A stretch of DNA of 63,620 nt, the filler included, from Rhabdomonas costata (lineage: Eukaryota): assembly GCA_019059605.1 (NCBI GenBank). It is 42 parts of 42 records of this genome, joined end to end, with 100 filler letters (N's around TTAATTAATTAA, not from the genome) between each part and the next. Parts side by side here need not be neighbours in the genome. Positions count along the whole stretch, not along the records: positions 62,197 to 63,620 come from JAHMHO010016571.1; 41 more parts are not named here. The stretch is one strand, 5' to 3'. The translations under genes were made by a program, and so were the position numbers. Shown one piece after another: positions 62,444 through 63,620 of this stretch. Within the stretch, counting starts at the first letter, position 1. The number at the start of each line of letters is the position of its first letter. The notes under the pieces are model-generated. The model was not told where the DNA came from and did no database searches. It was given only the letters and a program-made list of their open reading frames with translations.

Positions 62444-62716
62444 GGCACACACACGGCCTTCACCGCTAGCGTGGTGCTTCACCCTGAGAACATCCAGGTG
62501 TCCTACTTCCACCACCTTGCGCTTCGCCGCGCAGTGAAGAACCCCCTGGAGAAGCCCCACGTCCGGGAGATCACGAACTACGTCGACATTGGCTTCCAGA
62601 TCCGTGCCCCATTGGGCACCGCCCCTCCCTGGGATGGGGCCACTGCCGCAGAAGGAGGGATCAAGGAAGCAGGGTTGGGAAAAGAGCCGCCAAGTGTCCC
62701 TATGGTACACCACCTT

Positions 62717-62750
<34 letters not shown>

Positions 62751-63585
62751 TGGCCCCGGAGGACACTCCGGAGGTTACCGCGGGGATTGCTTGGCAGGTC
62801 AACCGGAACATTTTGGTCAAGGCCAGAGTGGGGACCACTCACCTGGGTATGGACCGTGGGCTCTCTGTTTTACTTCCTGGTTCAGTTGGCCGTGAAAGGA
62901 GCGGTGTTGTGCGTGTGACTTGCATACGCAAGGCAAGTTTTAGTCGGGATAGGTCCAGTATTACTCTCACGCCTGAGCGAGACCAGTGTGGTTGACTATG
63001 AATATGGCTTCGACCTGATTTCGGTGCCCGATAGTATCCATACCAGTGTTTACCCTTTTGCTAGTTCTCAGTGCGTCTGAAAGGAAATTGCATACGTTCG
63101 CCCGCTTGCCCGCTGAGCAGCTTTTGAGTAATTGCCTTTTTTCGGAACGGTTGTTTTTTGACCCTATCTGCGGCCGAGTTGAATGTGTCCGTGAATGGTG
63201 AAATCAGAGGGTGGAGATGATCCAGAGCTTCTGACCGTAACTTTTTGACACCCTCTTCAGTTCGCTTCGCATCACCTTCCGTCTTGTATCTGCAGTAATT
63301 AGAAACCCCGCGTGGCAGGGATAGCCCAGCCCTTCATATTTTGAAGCCAACATTGGAGGCGGTACTTCGTTCAGGAATGTGCTCCCTAGGAGGCAGCATA
63401 TGGTGTCTCGTAACGCGTTATTGGGGTCTCTTCTGAAATCTTCAGCGTCTGCGCTGGCGGTTAAGTTCTGGGGCCCCGTGTGCACCACGCTGGCGCTGAG
63501 CTGGCGCCGCAACCACCTCACTGGGGCTACCGGAGTGGGGGTGGACCTCACCCTGGAGAACTTTGGAGAGCTGACCTATCAGACG
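62444..63585 (+). CDS. OM47-like mitochondrial outer-membrane beta-barrel protein, 2 exons, with poly-Gln loop insert
   Basis: Exon 62444-62846 (SYFHHLALRRAVKNPLEKPHVREITNYVDIGFQI...AWQVNRNILVKARVG) joins in phase 1 to 63446-63585 (ALAVKFWGP...NHLTG...GVDLTLENFGELTYQ). It matches recalled plant OM47 motifs RRVKNPLE, ITNYIDFGFE and SWQANKNFLLKGKVG. (CAG)11 at 62717-62749. Confidence 0.75.
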
Positions 63586-63620
63586 GTACGCAGCGTGCAC
63601 CGTGGCCCTTCAAACCACAC

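Noticed and set aside
63204..63551. 115-aa minus-strand ORF
   Set aside because: It is the antisense shadow of the second OM47-like exon and its intron.
1..63620. Gene clusters or operon-like systems spanning neighbouring contigs (e.g. YR next to CFAP57, or the two YR contigs)
   Set aside because: Contigs are concatenated by length, so adjacency carries no linkage information.

Overview
This window is not a contiguous locus. It is 42 separate ~1.41-1.42 kb contigs, each joined by an artificial 100-nt linker (44 N + TTAATTAATTAA + 44 N), so adjacency across linkers means nothing. The DNA is from an intron-rich flagellated eukaryote. A euglenid (Euglenozoa) is my best inference, from the Cache-TM-HAMP-'EYRK(Y/F)' receptor-cyclase family, CFAP57, YR retroelements and frequent GC-AG introns. 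G/T-only contig starts that resemble the GenomePlex WGA primer, plus terminal fold-back palindromes, point to whole-genome amplification. Splicing exons by hand recovers fragments of XRN exoribonuclease, CFAP57, calreticulin, 5'-nucleotidase, DHHC palmitoyltransferase, RING-H2 ligase, ORC1/CDC6-like ATPase, GT61/DUF563, a SAM methyltransferase, LamG and EGF-CUB surface proteins, two paralogous receptor cyclases, an OM47-like mitochondrial beta-barrel and several unknown multi-exon genes. Mobile DNA comprises an open tyrosine-recombinase ORF with decayed relatives and a decayed Ty3/Gypsy-like gag. Most notable: (1) a receptor gene whose phase-matched next exon lies on the opposite strand (WGA chimera or real inversion/trans-splicing); (2) an OM47 homolog outside plants; (3) many GC donors and a divergent 5' splice-site consensus; (4) a recurrent YR-retroelement family. 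All family calls come from recalled motifs; no database search was run.
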